The position numbers and the translations under genes are program-made. A model generated the notes under the pieces. It was given only the letters and a program-made list of their open reading frames with translations, was not told the DNA's origin and did no database searches. Shown here piece after piece: positions 29,036-37,628 of a stretch of 56,344 nucleotides of DNA. Numbering within the stretch: position 1 is the first letter of the stretch; every line of letters starts with the position of its first letter. This stretch comes from a virus (Duplodnaviria; Caudoviricetes): positions 1-56,344 of IMG/VR virus record IMGVR_UViG_3300045996_002189; one strand, written 5' to 3'.

Positions 29036-29242
29036 TCAGGAAGCCGACCCGTTGATATTGGACGACCACTGCCGCACCGGAGCGTAGCCGTCGTCACCAA
29101 CGGCATCGTGCGTGCGGACGAGAGCGGCAGGCTGATGCTTACGACCGGAGTCGCCAGCACAGTGGTAAACCTGCCCCTGCAGGTCGCCGTAGTGATGCTT
29201 TGAGCAGACGGGGCAGGTGTAGATGCCTCGGGTGGATGTCAT
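29036..29242 (-). CDS. Small Cys/His hypothetical protein
   Basis: 68 aa, CPVC..H...C...H; TGATG coupling with the GIY-YIG gene. Confidence 0.5.
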   Translation of the reverse strand: MTSTRGIYTCPVCSKHHYGDLQGQVYHCAGDSGRKHQPAALVRTHDAVGDDGYAPVRQWSSNINGSAS

Positions 29243-30213
29243 CAGAGAAGGCTCAGTTGGTCGGGGTGCGATGGCAGAGGAGCAGGAGCGGGACGGTCGG
29301 GGGAGGTGGGAGTGGGCGGCATGGCTTCAAGACCTTCCTGATATACCTTTAGGACCGTCTGTTTGCCAACACGGCACTTTTCACAGATGTACCGCAGAGA
29401 CTTTCCGGCAGACCGCAGTTTGAATATCTCCTGCCGCAAGGCTTCCGGCATAACCCGGTCGTAGTTCTTGCCGCCGCCTTCCCGCATGCACCAATTGCGG
29501 ATAGTGTCCTTGGTGGTGTTGTAGTCCTTGGCGATATCGACGTAGGTTTCGCCAGCCTTGCGGCGGGCGACGATTTCGGCAACTTGTTCTTTGGTTAGGG
29601 AGCGGTGCAGGTCACTTAGCTTTTGGACATACTCCACAGGCATCTTGCGTCCACGCAACTTCGCGGCCCGCTTTTCGATGGTCTCAGGAGACTGCTTGTG
29701 GCCGCGCTTCGCATCCCCGATCTTGCGGCAAAACTCAGCGGACTTCTTTTTGCCACGCCTCGTTGCTGCTAACTTTTCCTCGTGCTCCGGGGTGCGTTTT
29801 CGCCCACTCATAGTAGCTGACATCTTGGATCGTTGGGCATCCGAGATCACCTTCCCCATCGCAGCAGCAGACATCTTCGCCCTGGATTTTCCGTCTCTCT
29901 TGGTCCCCAGTTGGCTACCAGCAACTCTGCAAATGTTATAGGGACGAAGGGAGTCTTCCAAGAACGCTTTGTCTAAATAGACCTGCTCGCGAGGAATCAG
30001 ATTTTCCGGCACAGGAACGACTTCGATCACTGAGAAATCAAAGGCATCTTCGCCGTATTTATTCCACGCCCTCTGCAGATAACCATTGCCGTGACGGTTT
30101 CCCCGCAAATCCTTCCAGTGATCAATCTTCCGGCGTTCTAGGTTGATGGCACTGCCATAGTAGCAACGCCCATTCACAGTGTTAGTGATTTTATAAATTC
30201 CTGACACACCCAT
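29242..30213 (-). CDS. Free-standing GIY-YIG homing endonuclease with NUMOD3-type repeats and HTH
   Basis: SGIYKITN.VNG.CYYGSA..L..R...H...L, REQ.YLD, YNI; repeated MS....G.K.S.E motifs. Confidence 0.92.
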   Translation of the reverse strand: MGVSGIYKITNTVNGRCYYGSAINLERRKIDHWKDLRGNRHGNGYLQRAWNKYGEDAFDFSVIEVVPVPENLIPREQVYLDKAFLEDSLRPYNICRVAGSQLGTKRDGKSRAKMSAAAMGKVISDAQRSKMSATMSGRKRTPEHEEKLAATRRGKKKSAEFCRKIGDAKRGHKQSPETIEKRAAKLRGRKMPVEYVQKLSDLHRSLTKEQVAEIVARRKAGETYVDIAKDYNTTKDTIRNWCMREGGGKNYDRVMPEALRQEIFKLRSAGKSLRYICEKCRVGKQTVLKVYQEGLEAMPPTPTSPDRPAPAPLPSHPDQLSLL

Positions 30214-30314
30214 CTTGGATTTCCCACCTGATTAGATTTGTCAGGAATTATAACGTGCCCTCGCTTGAAAGTCTCGTCTGGGGTGCGTCTGCAAAACTGC
30301 TATTTGTGGGTATA

Positions 30315-30743
30315 CTACGCTGGGTTGAAGTCCCACACAATTGCCCCGGTCACCTCAAGGGTCACAGTTGCCGTCGTCAACGCATCGACGCCGCCGCCAA
30401 TCGTGAACCCCGTCACGTAGGCAGAGAATGTGGCGGTCGCATTGTTGGCGTCGGAGAAGGTGATCTTGAAATTCTTCTTAAGCTGAGCCGCGCGATCAGC
30501 AAGAAGGGATTGTTGTCCTGTATCTCCAGGAACAAATGAACATTCTAGGGATATAGTCCCTTCATCCTGGAGCCCCATAACCTTCTCCTTCCCTGTACTG
30601 GAAAGAGACGTGGCATCAATAATAGCTGCTGTACCGCCGGGACCGCTGAATGACCGAATTTCAGCAATGGAAACGTACGTGCCGGGCGTGTTTCCTTCAC
30701 GCGCGATGGTTGTGCCCTGGGCATTAAACGCGGCTGTCGCCAT
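30315..30743 (-). CDS. Major tail tube protein
   Basis: AQGT.I...I.EI.SFSGPG.....ID.T.L....KE...GL.D.G; F.AYV; L.VTG. Confidence 0.9.
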   Translation of the reverse strand: MATAAFNAQGTTIAREGNTPGTYVSIAEIRSFSGPGGTAAIIDATSLSSTGKEKVMGLQDEGTISLECSFVPGDTGQQSLLADRAAQLKKNFKITFSDANNATATFSAYVTGFTIGGGVDALTTATVTLEVTGAIVWDFNPA

Positions 30744-30772
30744 TTTGAACTAACTCCTATCTTTCTCAGGGA

Positions 30773-30997
30773 TTACGACGCAGCGACAGCGGTGCCGGGG
30801 ATGATGCGCAGCCACGCGGTCCCATTGGACACGGCGAGGCAGGGTGCGCCTGCGTTACCGTTGCTCACCCAAATCAGGCGACCGTTGTGGGCGGCAGCGC
30901 TGGGCAGTGTGGCGACGGTGTAGGTTGACAGCGTGTGGGACTTGGCGATGGCTTTGGAGCCGATCTGGCCGAAAGCGGGGTCGTTCTTGAGAGCCAT
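30773..30997 (-). CDS. Small virion decoration/fibre-like protein
   Basis: YTVATLPSA....G.LIWVSNG..GAP.LAVSNGTAW motif seen in phage fibre termini. Confidence 0.6.
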   Translation of the reverse strand: MALKNDPAFGQIGSKAIAKSHTLSTYTVATLPSAAAHNGRLIWVSNGNAGAPCLAVSNGTAWLRIIPGTAVAAS

Positions 30998-31020
30998 GAT
31001 ATCCTCGATGGGCGGACGTA

Positions 31021-31045
31021 AAAAAGCCGCCCTTGAGGAGCGGCT
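31021..31045 (-). terminator. Rho-independent terminator
   Basis: Minus strand AGCCGCTC-CTCAA-GGGCGGCT followed by a T-run. Confidence 0.7.
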
Positions 31046-31075
31046 GAGGTGGGCCGGGGTTGGCGGAGGCTGGGG

Positions 31076-31432
31076 TTAGGCGTTGTTGCCGTCGGCGGGC
31101 GGCGCGGGAGGCGCTTCGGCCGGGGGTGCGTCGGGCTGCGGCGCTGCCTGGGGCTCGCCTTCAGGCGGGGTCGTCAGTGCGGCTGCGGACGGCTCGGGTG
31201 CGGGGACGGCGAGGGGACCCGCGAAACTGATGACCTGCCATGCCGTGCCGTCGGAGTAGACGAGGCTGATGAAGTTGCCATCGGCGTCTTCGACTGCGGC
31301 GATGCGGCCTTCGTGCTTATCGGCGGGCGGCATGTCGGTGAGGATGTGGGTCGGCACGGCGTTGCCCTTGGCAGGCTTGGCGGCGTTGTCGGGCTTCTTG
31401 GCCTGACCTGGGGGAGTTGCGGGCTTTGCCAT
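31076..31432 (-). CDS. Pro/Ala-rich protein, distant paralog of 30773..30997
   Basis: MPPADKHEGRIAAVED.....LVYSDGTAW aligns with LPSAAAHNGRLIWVSN.....LAVSNGTAW; start at 31432. Confidence 0.65.
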   Translation of the reverse strand: MAKPATPPGQAKKPDNAAKPAKGNAVPTHILTDMPPADKHEGRIAAVEDADGNFISLVYSDGTAWQVISFAGPLAVPAPEPSAAALTTPPEGEPQAAPQPDAPPAEAPPAPPADGNNA

Positions 31433-31458
31433 GTCGTCCTTTTGGGGTTTGGGGCATG

Positions 31459-31487
31459 AAAAAAGCCGCACCCGGAAGGAGCGGCTT
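31459..31487 (-). terminator. Rho-independent terminator
   Basis: Minus strand AAGCCGC-tccttccgggt-GCGGCTT followed by TTTT. Confidence 0.65.
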
Positions 31488-31540
31488 GGCAGTGCTGACC
31501 TGTCTGTCAGCGACTAGGGAACTATGGGGACTTTAAGTGC

Positions 31541-31948
31541 CTAGATGGTTCGTAGCTCGTCATATACGAATTCAACGCGCACCTGCGTCTGGTCCATGGC
31601 GGTGTCGGCCTGACCGACTTCCGCGAGGCTGGCGGTGCCCATCTCCAGCGCGCCGTACTTCCGTCCCTCAAGGATGGTGACGACCTTGTGGGCGAGTTCG
31701 GTGCCGGTGCGGGTGCCTGTGCCGAGTGGGGTGAAGACCTGGGCGAAGCAGATGCCGGGGCGTTCGTAGTTGTAGGTGTTGCCGCTCCATGAGCGCAATT
31801 TGGCGGGTGCGTGGATGATGGTGAAGCGGACCCATGGGGACGAGTCCGGCATGGGCGGTGTCGTGTTGCCCCAGGCGATGGGCGTTGTGCTGCCCCATCC
31901 AGCCTTGAAGGCTGTTTCGATGGTGATCTTGGCTTCGACGGGAGTCAT
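31541..31948 (-). CDS. Tail terminator-like protein
   Basis: IAW.N....P....WVRF.I; G....QVF.P.GTG; position before the tail tube gene. Confidence 0.85.
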   Translation of the reverse strand: MTPVEAKITIETAFKAGWGSTTPIAWGNTTPPMPDSSPWVRFTIIHAPAKLRSWSGNTYNYERPGICFAQVFTPLGTGTRTGTELAHKVVTILEGRKYGALEMGTASLAEVGQADTAMDQTQVRVEFVYDELRTI

Positions 31949-31957
31949 CGTCTTCGC

Positions 31958-32377
31958 CTATCGCTTCATTTCGCGGACGGCTGCCTGGATGGCGAAGGAC
32001 ATCATGCCGGCCGGGGCCTGCGTCCTGCTATGACCATCTTCCAGCAGTTCAATGTACGGCACGTTGTTCCGGATGATCCACTTGTCGCCGAATCGGTAAG
32101 CGCCGTGAACCTCCTTGATGTTGTTGAGGTTGATGGCGACCGCCTCTCCGAGCGTTGACCCTTGGAAACCTGGGACGTACTTCGGCTCTCCCATGAACGG
32201 GGAGTTGAGTTGGCTAACCCACCCCGACATGGCGCGGCTGGTGTCAATTGGCGTCATCTGAAACGCCGTGGTATGTGCCGCTCTGGCAACGCGCGTGACG
32301 AGGTTGACGTGCTTCTTCTTGACGTGATCGGTGAACGCCATCAATTGCGCGCGGAATTGCTTGGCGTTACCGGCCAT
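31958..32377 (-). CDS. Neck/tail-completion protein (HK97 gp10-like)
   Basis: TPIDTSRA...W, I.NNVPYI..LE.GHS.QAPAGM. Confidence 0.88.
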   Translation of the reverse strand: MAGNAKQFRAQLMAFTDHVKKKHVNLVTRVARAAHTTAFQMTPIDTSRAMSGWVSQLNSPFMGEPKYVPGFQGSTLGEAVAINLNNIKEVHGAYRFGDKWIIRNNVPYIELLEDGHSRTQAPAGMMSFAIQAAVREMKR

Positions 32378-32379
32378 GG

Positions 32380-32583
32380 TCAGTCGTAGTCCCGCTCTTC
32401 GGGCGGCACTTCGTAGGGTGCGTTACCATTCAGCAGTTCGAGCAGCATGATGAGCGGTAAGGCACATAGGCAAACGGTGGTGATCAGGTAAGCGCGCGTT
32501 ATCAGCACCGCGTTCAGGGCCGGTGCCGGAGGTCGTGTCGGCAGGTTTCTCGGCTTGCGCGCGGGGAAATTGAGGACGACCAT
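32380..32583 (-). CDS. Small membrane protein
   Basis: 67 aa from MVVLNF with AAGGAG RBS; one hydrophobic helix. Confidence 0.5.
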   Translation of the reverse strand: MVVLNFPARKPRNLPTRPPAPALNAVLITRAYLITTVCLCALPLIMLLELLNGNAPYEVPPEERDYD

Positions 32584-32857
32584 GCGGCAGCGCTCCTTGG
32601 GGATGGGAGAGAAGGGCGGGCGTGAACCGCCCCTCACTCCTGGGCAGGCACCCCAGCGTTTTGCGGACTTGTGGCTCCTGCCGCAGGGTGCGCGGATGGA
32701 AAATGAACCCATCTGTGCGGCGTTGTATATACCCGAATCTGGAAGCCGCGTCCAGTCGCTAACGCACCCTTCGCCCACACGTCTTCGCACCGCGCCTCCG
32801 CGCCGTGGAAAAGCGACGTTAAGGTGCGGTTTTCCGACGATGCGCCGGGGTTGGCTG

Positions 32858-33133
32858 TCAGGGTGTGTCTGCCATCCTCACAAACTTTGTGAACCACTTG
32901 GCCGCATCACGGCGCGGCAACTGCGCTGTAGCGCCGCCATCGACGGATGCGACTACCCACTGGAGTTTGGTCTTGTCTTCGTCAACGCGATGGATGATCC
33001 AGAGACTGTTTCCAACGCCTTCGTAGACACCCCCCACCAATAGACCCACGTTGGCTTCATCCAACTCCTTCGAATGAGGGTACCCGGAAAACGCAACAAT
33101 CGTTTGTGTCACTCTGAACTTCTGTTTCGTCAC
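32858..33133 (-). CDS. Hypothetical protein coupled to the RHH gene
   Basis: GTG start overlaps the RHH stop (GTGA); 91 aa. Confidence 0.5.
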   Translation of the reverse strand: MTKQKFRVTQTIVAFSGYPHSKELDEANVGLLVGGVYEGVGNSLWIIHRVDEDKTKLQWVVASVDGGATAQLPRRDAAKWFTKFVRMADTP

Positions 33134-33306
33134 CCTGAAATCCTTTCCTGACTTTTCAGGCGCTCGCGGGCAGCCTCCTCCATCCACGCAGTAATACTCT
33201 GCTTCGAGGCAGCAGCAGCATGTTCGATATCTGCTTTTAGCTCAGCCGGAACACGCATACGAAGATCGACACGAAGTTCTCCAGGTTCTTTTTTGGGTCT
33301 CGCCAT
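33130..33306 (-). CDS. Arc/RHH-family DNA-binding protein, divergent from tnpB
   Basis: MARPKK...LRMRVPAELKADIEHAA....QSITAWM..AA.ERL. Confidence 0.8.
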   Translation of the reverse strand: MARPKKEPGELRVDLRMRVPAELKADIEHAAAASKQSITAWMEEAARERLKSQERISG

Positions 33307-33355
33307 GGGATACAAAAACCTTGATTAAGAGAATTTTCTGGGATACATTATCCCC
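33306..33355. promoter_or_regulatory. Divergent promoter region with repeated operator-like motifs
   Basis: TTGATT(33321-26)-17 bp-TACATT(33344-49), ATG 6 nt later; TGGGATACA direct repeat at 33306 and 33339; GGGATA-cat-TATCCC palindrome at 33340-54. Confidence 0.6.
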
Positions 33356-34585
33356 ATGGAAACACCAGTACGCAAGGTCACTTACAAGCTTTACCCGTCG
33401 CGGGCTCAATTGGTTGCGCTGCGGGAGACCATGCAGATGCACCAACAACTCTACAACGCCTGCCTAGAGCAGAGAATTGACGCTTACCGGAAAACTGGAA
33501 AATCAATCGGTTACGTTGAACAATGCCGCGAACTCACCAATCTGCGCCGGGAGTGCCCGGAATTCGCAAAATTCAACAGTTCGTCGCAGCAGGCTACGCT
33601 TCGTCGTCTCGACAAGGCGTTCAAAAATTTTTTCGAAAGGGTGAAGAAAGGAAAACGAGCAGCCGGTTTTCCTCGTTTCAAATCGCTTGCAGGATATCCC
33701 GGATTCGGTTTCAAAACCCATGGTGACGGTTGGCGGTTCATGCCGGGAGCGGACTGGAAACATGGCAAACTCCGTCTCCGGGGCATTGGCGTCATTAAGG
33801 CGCGTGGACAAGCCCGCCAAAGTGGCGAGATCAAGTCATGCGAACTGCTGCATCGCGACGGCGCGTGGCATCTATCGCTCACCCTGGAGTGCCCGGAGAT
33901 CATCAGGTATGGCGGTACGGAGGCTTGCGCCTATGACTGGGGCGTCGAAACGTTCCTGACTTTGGCCATCGCCAACGGTGATGCAGAACCGTCCATGGAG
34001 ACGGTCGAGAATCCGCGCTGGTTCCAGTCCGAAAAAGAGAAGGTTGCCAACCTTCAACGTGCAGTAACAAGGAAGAAGCGGGGTTCAAACCGGCGCAGGA
34101 AGGCCGTCCGAAAATTAGCAAAATCCCGAGCTAAAACAGCACGTTGCCGTTTGGACTGGCAGCACAAACTGTCCGCGGGAATGGTTGGACGGTTCGCCTT
34201 GATCGCATCAGAAAGCCTGTCCATCATGAACATGACCGCTTCTGCAAAGGGAACGGTCGAAGAACCGGGCAAGATGGTTGCCCAGAAGGCAGGGTTAAAC
34301 CGGGAGATCCTGGACACAGCCCCAGGTCAGTTTGAATCCCTTCTCAAGTACAAAGCGATGGAAGCTGGTACATTGAGAATGAAAGCCCCAACGCGCACGT
34401 TGAAGTCGTCACAGACCTGCCCGTGCTGCGGCTCAATCAAAAAGAAAACGCTAAACGAGCGGACGCACAAGTGCGATGACTGCAAACGCGTTATGCCTCG
34501 CGACTTTGCATCCGCCTTGGTTGTTCTGAATTGGGCACTGCATAGTTTGAAGCAAAGTGGTCTGGAACAGGCCGAAGCGGCGTAA
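33356..34585 (+). CDS. tnpB: TnpB RNA-guided endonuclease, RuvC triad intact
   Basis: TYKLYP, LYNACL, GFPRFKS, YDWGV (D), SESL (E), GLNREILD, SQTCPCC..CDDC, PRDFASA (D). Confidence 0.95.
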   Translation: METPVRKVTYKLYPSRAQLVALRETMQMHQQLYNACLEQRIDAYRKTGKSIGYVEQCRELTNLRRECPEFAKFNSSSQQATLRRLDKAFKNFFERVKKGKRAAGFPRFKSLAGYPGFGFKTHGDGWRFMPGADWKHGKLRLRGIGVIKARGQARQSGEIKSCELLHRDGAWHLSLTLECPEIIRYGGTEACAYDWGVETFLTLAIANGDAEPSMETVENPRWFQSEKEKVANLQRAVTRKKRGSNRRRKAVRKLAKSRAKTARCRLDWQHKLSAGMVGRFALIASESLSIMNMTASAKGTVEEPGKMVAQKAGLNREILDTAPGQFESLLKYKAMEAGTLRMKAPTRTLKSSQTCPCCGSIKKKTLNERTHKCDDCKRVMPRDFASALVVLNWALHSLKQSGLEQAEAA

Positions 34586-34651
34586 CAACCGCAAAACCGT
34601 TTTCAAGCAGCGCTTGGAGTCGGTAGTTCATGCCTTCGTATATTCCGCCAA
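34450..34651 (+). ncRNA. Putative omegaRNA/right end of TnpB element 2; guide ~34632-34651
   Basis: ACCGTTTTCAAGC-AGC-GCTTGGAGTCGGT hairpin followed by AGTTCAT; 5' boundary is approximate. Confidence 0.5.
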
Positions 34652-34663
34652 CAATCAGATTTG

Positions 34664-35032
34664 TCATCTTCTCAACGTAAGCTCGTGGTAGATGGGCGGA
34701 TCATACAGGTCACCGGTCGCTCTGATAACACTCCATCGCTGCCCGTTGGGTAAATTTACGGTGTCGCCCTGCTCCGGCCTGAAGGAGATGTCCTTGCCGC
34801 GAAGAACGCAGCGGAGGTCACCGACACGGATATCGCTGCCGTCGATTAATTCGCTTTCGAAGTTGACGAGAATACCAAGAACCGTGGCAGTGAGCACCGT
34901 GTCGCTGGTCGTGCCGGTGGCCGGGTTGTAGGCACCCCGGCTGACGCGGCGGACAGTCACTTGCTGGCGGAGGTCGCCGAGCGCATTCCATCCCTGGTCG
35001 AGCGCGGCGCGGACGGTGTCAAGCATCGTCAT
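34664..35032 (-). CDS. Head-tail joining (head closure-like) protein
   Basis: Start MTML at 35032 (ATGA overlap); VT.RR...G.YNPATG, IDG..I..GD, P..GD.V. Confidence 0.82.
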   Translation of the reverse strand: MTMLDTVRAALDQGWNALGDLRQQVTVRRVSRGAYNPATGTTSDTVLTATVLGILVNFESELIDGSDIRVGDLRCVLRGKDISFRPEQGDTVNLPNGQRWSVIRATGDLYDPPIYHELTLRR

Positions 35033-35304
35033 GATTCGTCTCCGATACGGCGAAGCAGTGTCAATGCGCCAGACTGCATCTGGTGGAAGGTGTCGCAATC
35101 GCCATATGCCCAACCGGTGCCGACTGAACCGTCATCATTGACGGTCACAAAGCCTGCGGAGATAACGGTTCCCTCGCGGACGTCTTTGAGGATGCTCAGT
35201 AGCATAGCGAGCACTTCGGGGTCTCCATAACTCGTTGAATCAAGGAGTCGCATCTCGCCGCCGGACTTGAACTTGACACGACCGATCCTGCAGCCGTGAG
35301 ACAC
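35029..35304 (-). CDS. Hypothetical protein
   Basis: GTG start two bases after the upstream stop (alternative ATG at 35253); stop overlaps the next ATG. Confidence 0.5.
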   Translation of the reverse strand: MSHGCRIGRVKFKSGGEMRLLDSTSYGDPEVLAMLLSILKDVREGTVISAGFVTVNDDGSVGTGWAYGDCDTFHQMQSGALTLLRRIGDES

Positions 35305-35306
35305 GC

Positions 35307-35870
35307 TCAACGGACCAGCCTTGCGGAGCCGTAGCCAAAGCGGGGGATGCCATAGTCCAGCAGCCAGGACGATACGGAGCGGGGAATCAGCGCCACGCTC
35401 GTAGCCGCTGTCGTTGCGCCGGAGGAATCCGTGCTGGAACTGCTGGCCAGCGTCAGGGCGATGGGACCAACCTGGATCTTCTCGACGGCACCGCTGGATG
35501 CTGCGGCGGCTGGAGCGGTGGCGCTGCCGCCCGCATCGGCGCGCTCGCCAAGCACGCGGGCGAGTTCGGCTGTGGCGCACTTGATGAAGCGGGGGAGAGG
35601 TGCTGTGGGGAACATGTAGCCGTCACGGTCGCGCAAACCCCATCGGGGGAATTCGAGTCCCTGAACGCGAGTAAGGCGACGGCCGTGAAAATCAAAGTTT
35701 TGATCAAGTATTAGGCTGGCAGTGACAAGTCTAATCTGCTTGTCTGGCAAATCAATATCGGCCCAATCTTGCCCATCTATTTGCGTTGAATTATATCCAT
35801 CCGCGAACTCGACCGAGCAATAAGTATTTGCCCCTTCGATGCCAACGCCAGTTTCAACGATAAACACCAT
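35307..35870 (-). CDS. Head-tail adaptor (often annotated DnaT-like ssDNA-binding)
   Basis: FIVETG.G..GANTY.SV..AD.Y; Q.LEFPR; IK.A.AELA; K..VGPI. Confidence 0.85.
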   Translation of the reverse strand: MVFIVETGVGIEGANTYCSVEFADGYNSTQIDGQDWADIDLPDKQIRLVTASLILDQNFDFHGRRLTRVQGLEFPRWGLRDRDGYMFPTAPLPRFIKCATAELARVLGERADAGGSATAPAAAASSGAVEKIQVGPIALTLASSSSTDSSGATTAATSVALIPRSVSSWLLDYGIPRFGYGSARLVR

Positions 35871-35910
35871 GAAAGTCGTCCTCAGATGGGTCGATATTAA
35901 GCGCCGTGGG

Positions 35911-37605
35911 TCAGGTTGCCGCGACAGTGGTGGTAATGTTGCTTGCAACCGTGTTGGAGACGCCGAGGTTGTTGATCGGGCTGGCGTGGTCGGAGCGCAC
36001 TCTGTTGCCGATGACCGAAGCGTACTTGGATGTTGCAGTCAGCAGAATGCCGGGCTGGGCGGCACCGGAGCCTTCGCCATAGATGTAGTTTTCCATGATG
36101 CGGACGCCGGATGCATTCGCTACCGTGATGCCTCCCGCCGTTCCGTCAGCGCGGATGTTGTTGCCTCGGATCACGATATCGGCATCCACCAGGGATGAGA
36201 AGCTGATGGCGATGTTGCTGACGCCGCCCTCTGCGTTCTCCATCCGGCAATCCGATATCCGCCCCCCGGCACGGAAGCCCGAGAAGACAACTGCCTGAGC
36301 GCAGTTGTTGAACCAGCAGTTGTTCACATCGATGGCCTTGAGGCCAACGTCTTGGTTTCCGGCCGTGGCGTCCCGCTGCACCAGAATGCCGTAACTGTCC
36401 GCTTCTTCCAGGTCTGTACGGTTGAAGTTGATCCACATTCCGTCAACAATCTTAACGATGGCTGCGGGGCGACCCGCCGAATCCCCAAGATAGATGATGC
36501 GGGAGTCGGCAAACGTTATCGTGTCGCACTTCATCCCACCGGGGCCTCTCTGGATCAGCACGAGTTGATCCATGTCGGCGAAGCCAGAGTAGAGTGTGCA
36601 GTCGTGGAAGGAGTATCCTGAACAGCCAGCCAATATCGCTGCCGCCTTGCCGCCGCCGCCGATAGAGCAAGCATCGAACACGCCATCGTAGGACGACTTG
36701 GTCGTGCCGCTCACTTCATCACTGACCTGAACGCCGGTCCCAAAGCCGAAGATCGAGCATCCGATTACCTGAACGTGATGGGTGGCGACGAGATCGAGAC
36801 CGATGCTGGTCGCCGTCTTACCCTCTGGCGTGCCGCGAAACATGCCGACGTTGACTAACTGGAATCCGTTGACGTAGTTACTGTTGTTCTGCACCCGGAT
36901 GCCGCTGGTGTTGGCTGCGGCCAGACTGAAGTCCAATGAGGTGCTTAACGCAATGCCACCGATTGTGATTGCCGTGCCGTAAACTGGGCCGGCTCCTTCA
37001 AGGCGGATTCTGCCGCTGATGTTCAGGGTGGTCTGGCAAGTGTACCAACCGTTCAAGCAAACCGTACCGCCTGACTGTCCTTGGATGAAGTTGATCGCCG
37101 CTTGGATGAAAGGCGACTGATTCCCCACGTTGCCAGTAGCCCCCCACCACTCGGGATATGCCTTGGTGATCGGCGTCGGCGTGTTGTTGCTGGCCGTAGT
37201 TGCAAAAGAGCCATTCAATGATGTGTCGAAAATCTTGGTGCGCGGAGCAACAATCTCGCCGGAAAACGTGACGGTGACACCCGATGCAGGCTTGAGCACG
37301 GCCCCCGGCGCCATGTAGACAACGCCGGTAATGGTCAGTGCCGAGTTTACCCGGTAGGTTCCTGCGGCGAAGAAGGTTGATCCGGTCGCCATGGCACTGA
37401 CGATGGCGGCGCGGGCATCGGTAGTCCCGTCCCCAGCGGAGGAATTGTATTCCAGAACACTGGCAGCGATCTGTCCCGCCGACCTGTCTATTGCGTCAAG
37501 GATAGCGAGCACGGCACCGCGAACGTCGGCGGGGGTAACGTCGCCCGTTGTGTTGTCGTTGATGTTCGTGGTCGCGAGATTGCGGGCGGTGGTGGTGCTA
37601 ACCAT
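35911..37605 (-). CDS. Beta-helix spike/depolymerase (pectate_lyase_3-like)
   Basis: GDGTTDARAAI..A, FAAGTYRV, PEWWGA.G....IQAAI; parallel beta-helix repeats; N-terminal DNTTGDVTPADVR. Confidence 0.8.
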   Translation of the reverse strand: MVSTTTARNLATTNINDNTTGDVTPADVRGAVLAILDAIDRSAGQIAASVLEYNSSAGDGTTDARAAIVSAMATGSTFFAAGTYRVNSALTITGVVYMAPGAVLKPASGVTVTFSGEIVAPRTKIFDTSLNGSFATTASNNTPTPITKAYPEWWGATGNVGNQSPFIQAAINFIQGQSGGTVCLNGWYTCQTTLNISGRIRLEGAGPVYGTAITIGGIALSTSLDFSLAAANTSGIRVQNNSNYVNGFQLVNVGMFRGTPEGKTATSIGLDLVATHHVQVIGCSIFGFGTGVQVSDEVSGTTKSSYDGVFDACSIGGGGKAAAILAGCSGYSFHDCTLYSGFADMDQLVLIQRGPGGMKCDTITFADSRIIYLGDSAGRPAAIVKIVDGMWINFNRTDLEEADSYGILVQRDATAGNQDVGLKAIDVNNCWFNNCAQAVVFSGFRAGGRISDCRMENAEGGVSNIAISFSSLVDADIVIRGNNIRADGTAGGITVANASGVRIMENYIYGEGSGAAQPGILLTATSKYASVIGNRVRSDHASPINNLGVSNTVASNITTTVAAT

Positions 37606-37628
37606 GGCGGTTCCCTTGGAGCGGCAGT

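Noticed and set aside
29242-30314. GIY-YIG or HNH genes as group I intron or intein cargo
   Set aside because: Flanking genes appear complete, so both nucleases are intergenic.
33011-33025. 9-nt match (GCCTTCGTA) to the start of the putative TnpB2 guide, ~330 bp upstream of tnpB
   Set aside because: 9-mers recur by chance in 56 kb; the TnpB1 guide also has a 9-nt match at 38906-38914. The TAM is unknown, so this is not supportable as a target.
19587-34585. TnpBs as nuclease-dead TldR regulators or Cas12f
   Set aside because: Both keep the D-E-D RuvC residues, and no CRISPR array is adjacent.
35307-35870. Replication (DnaT) function
   Set aside because: Position among head-tail joining genes fits a structural adaptor.
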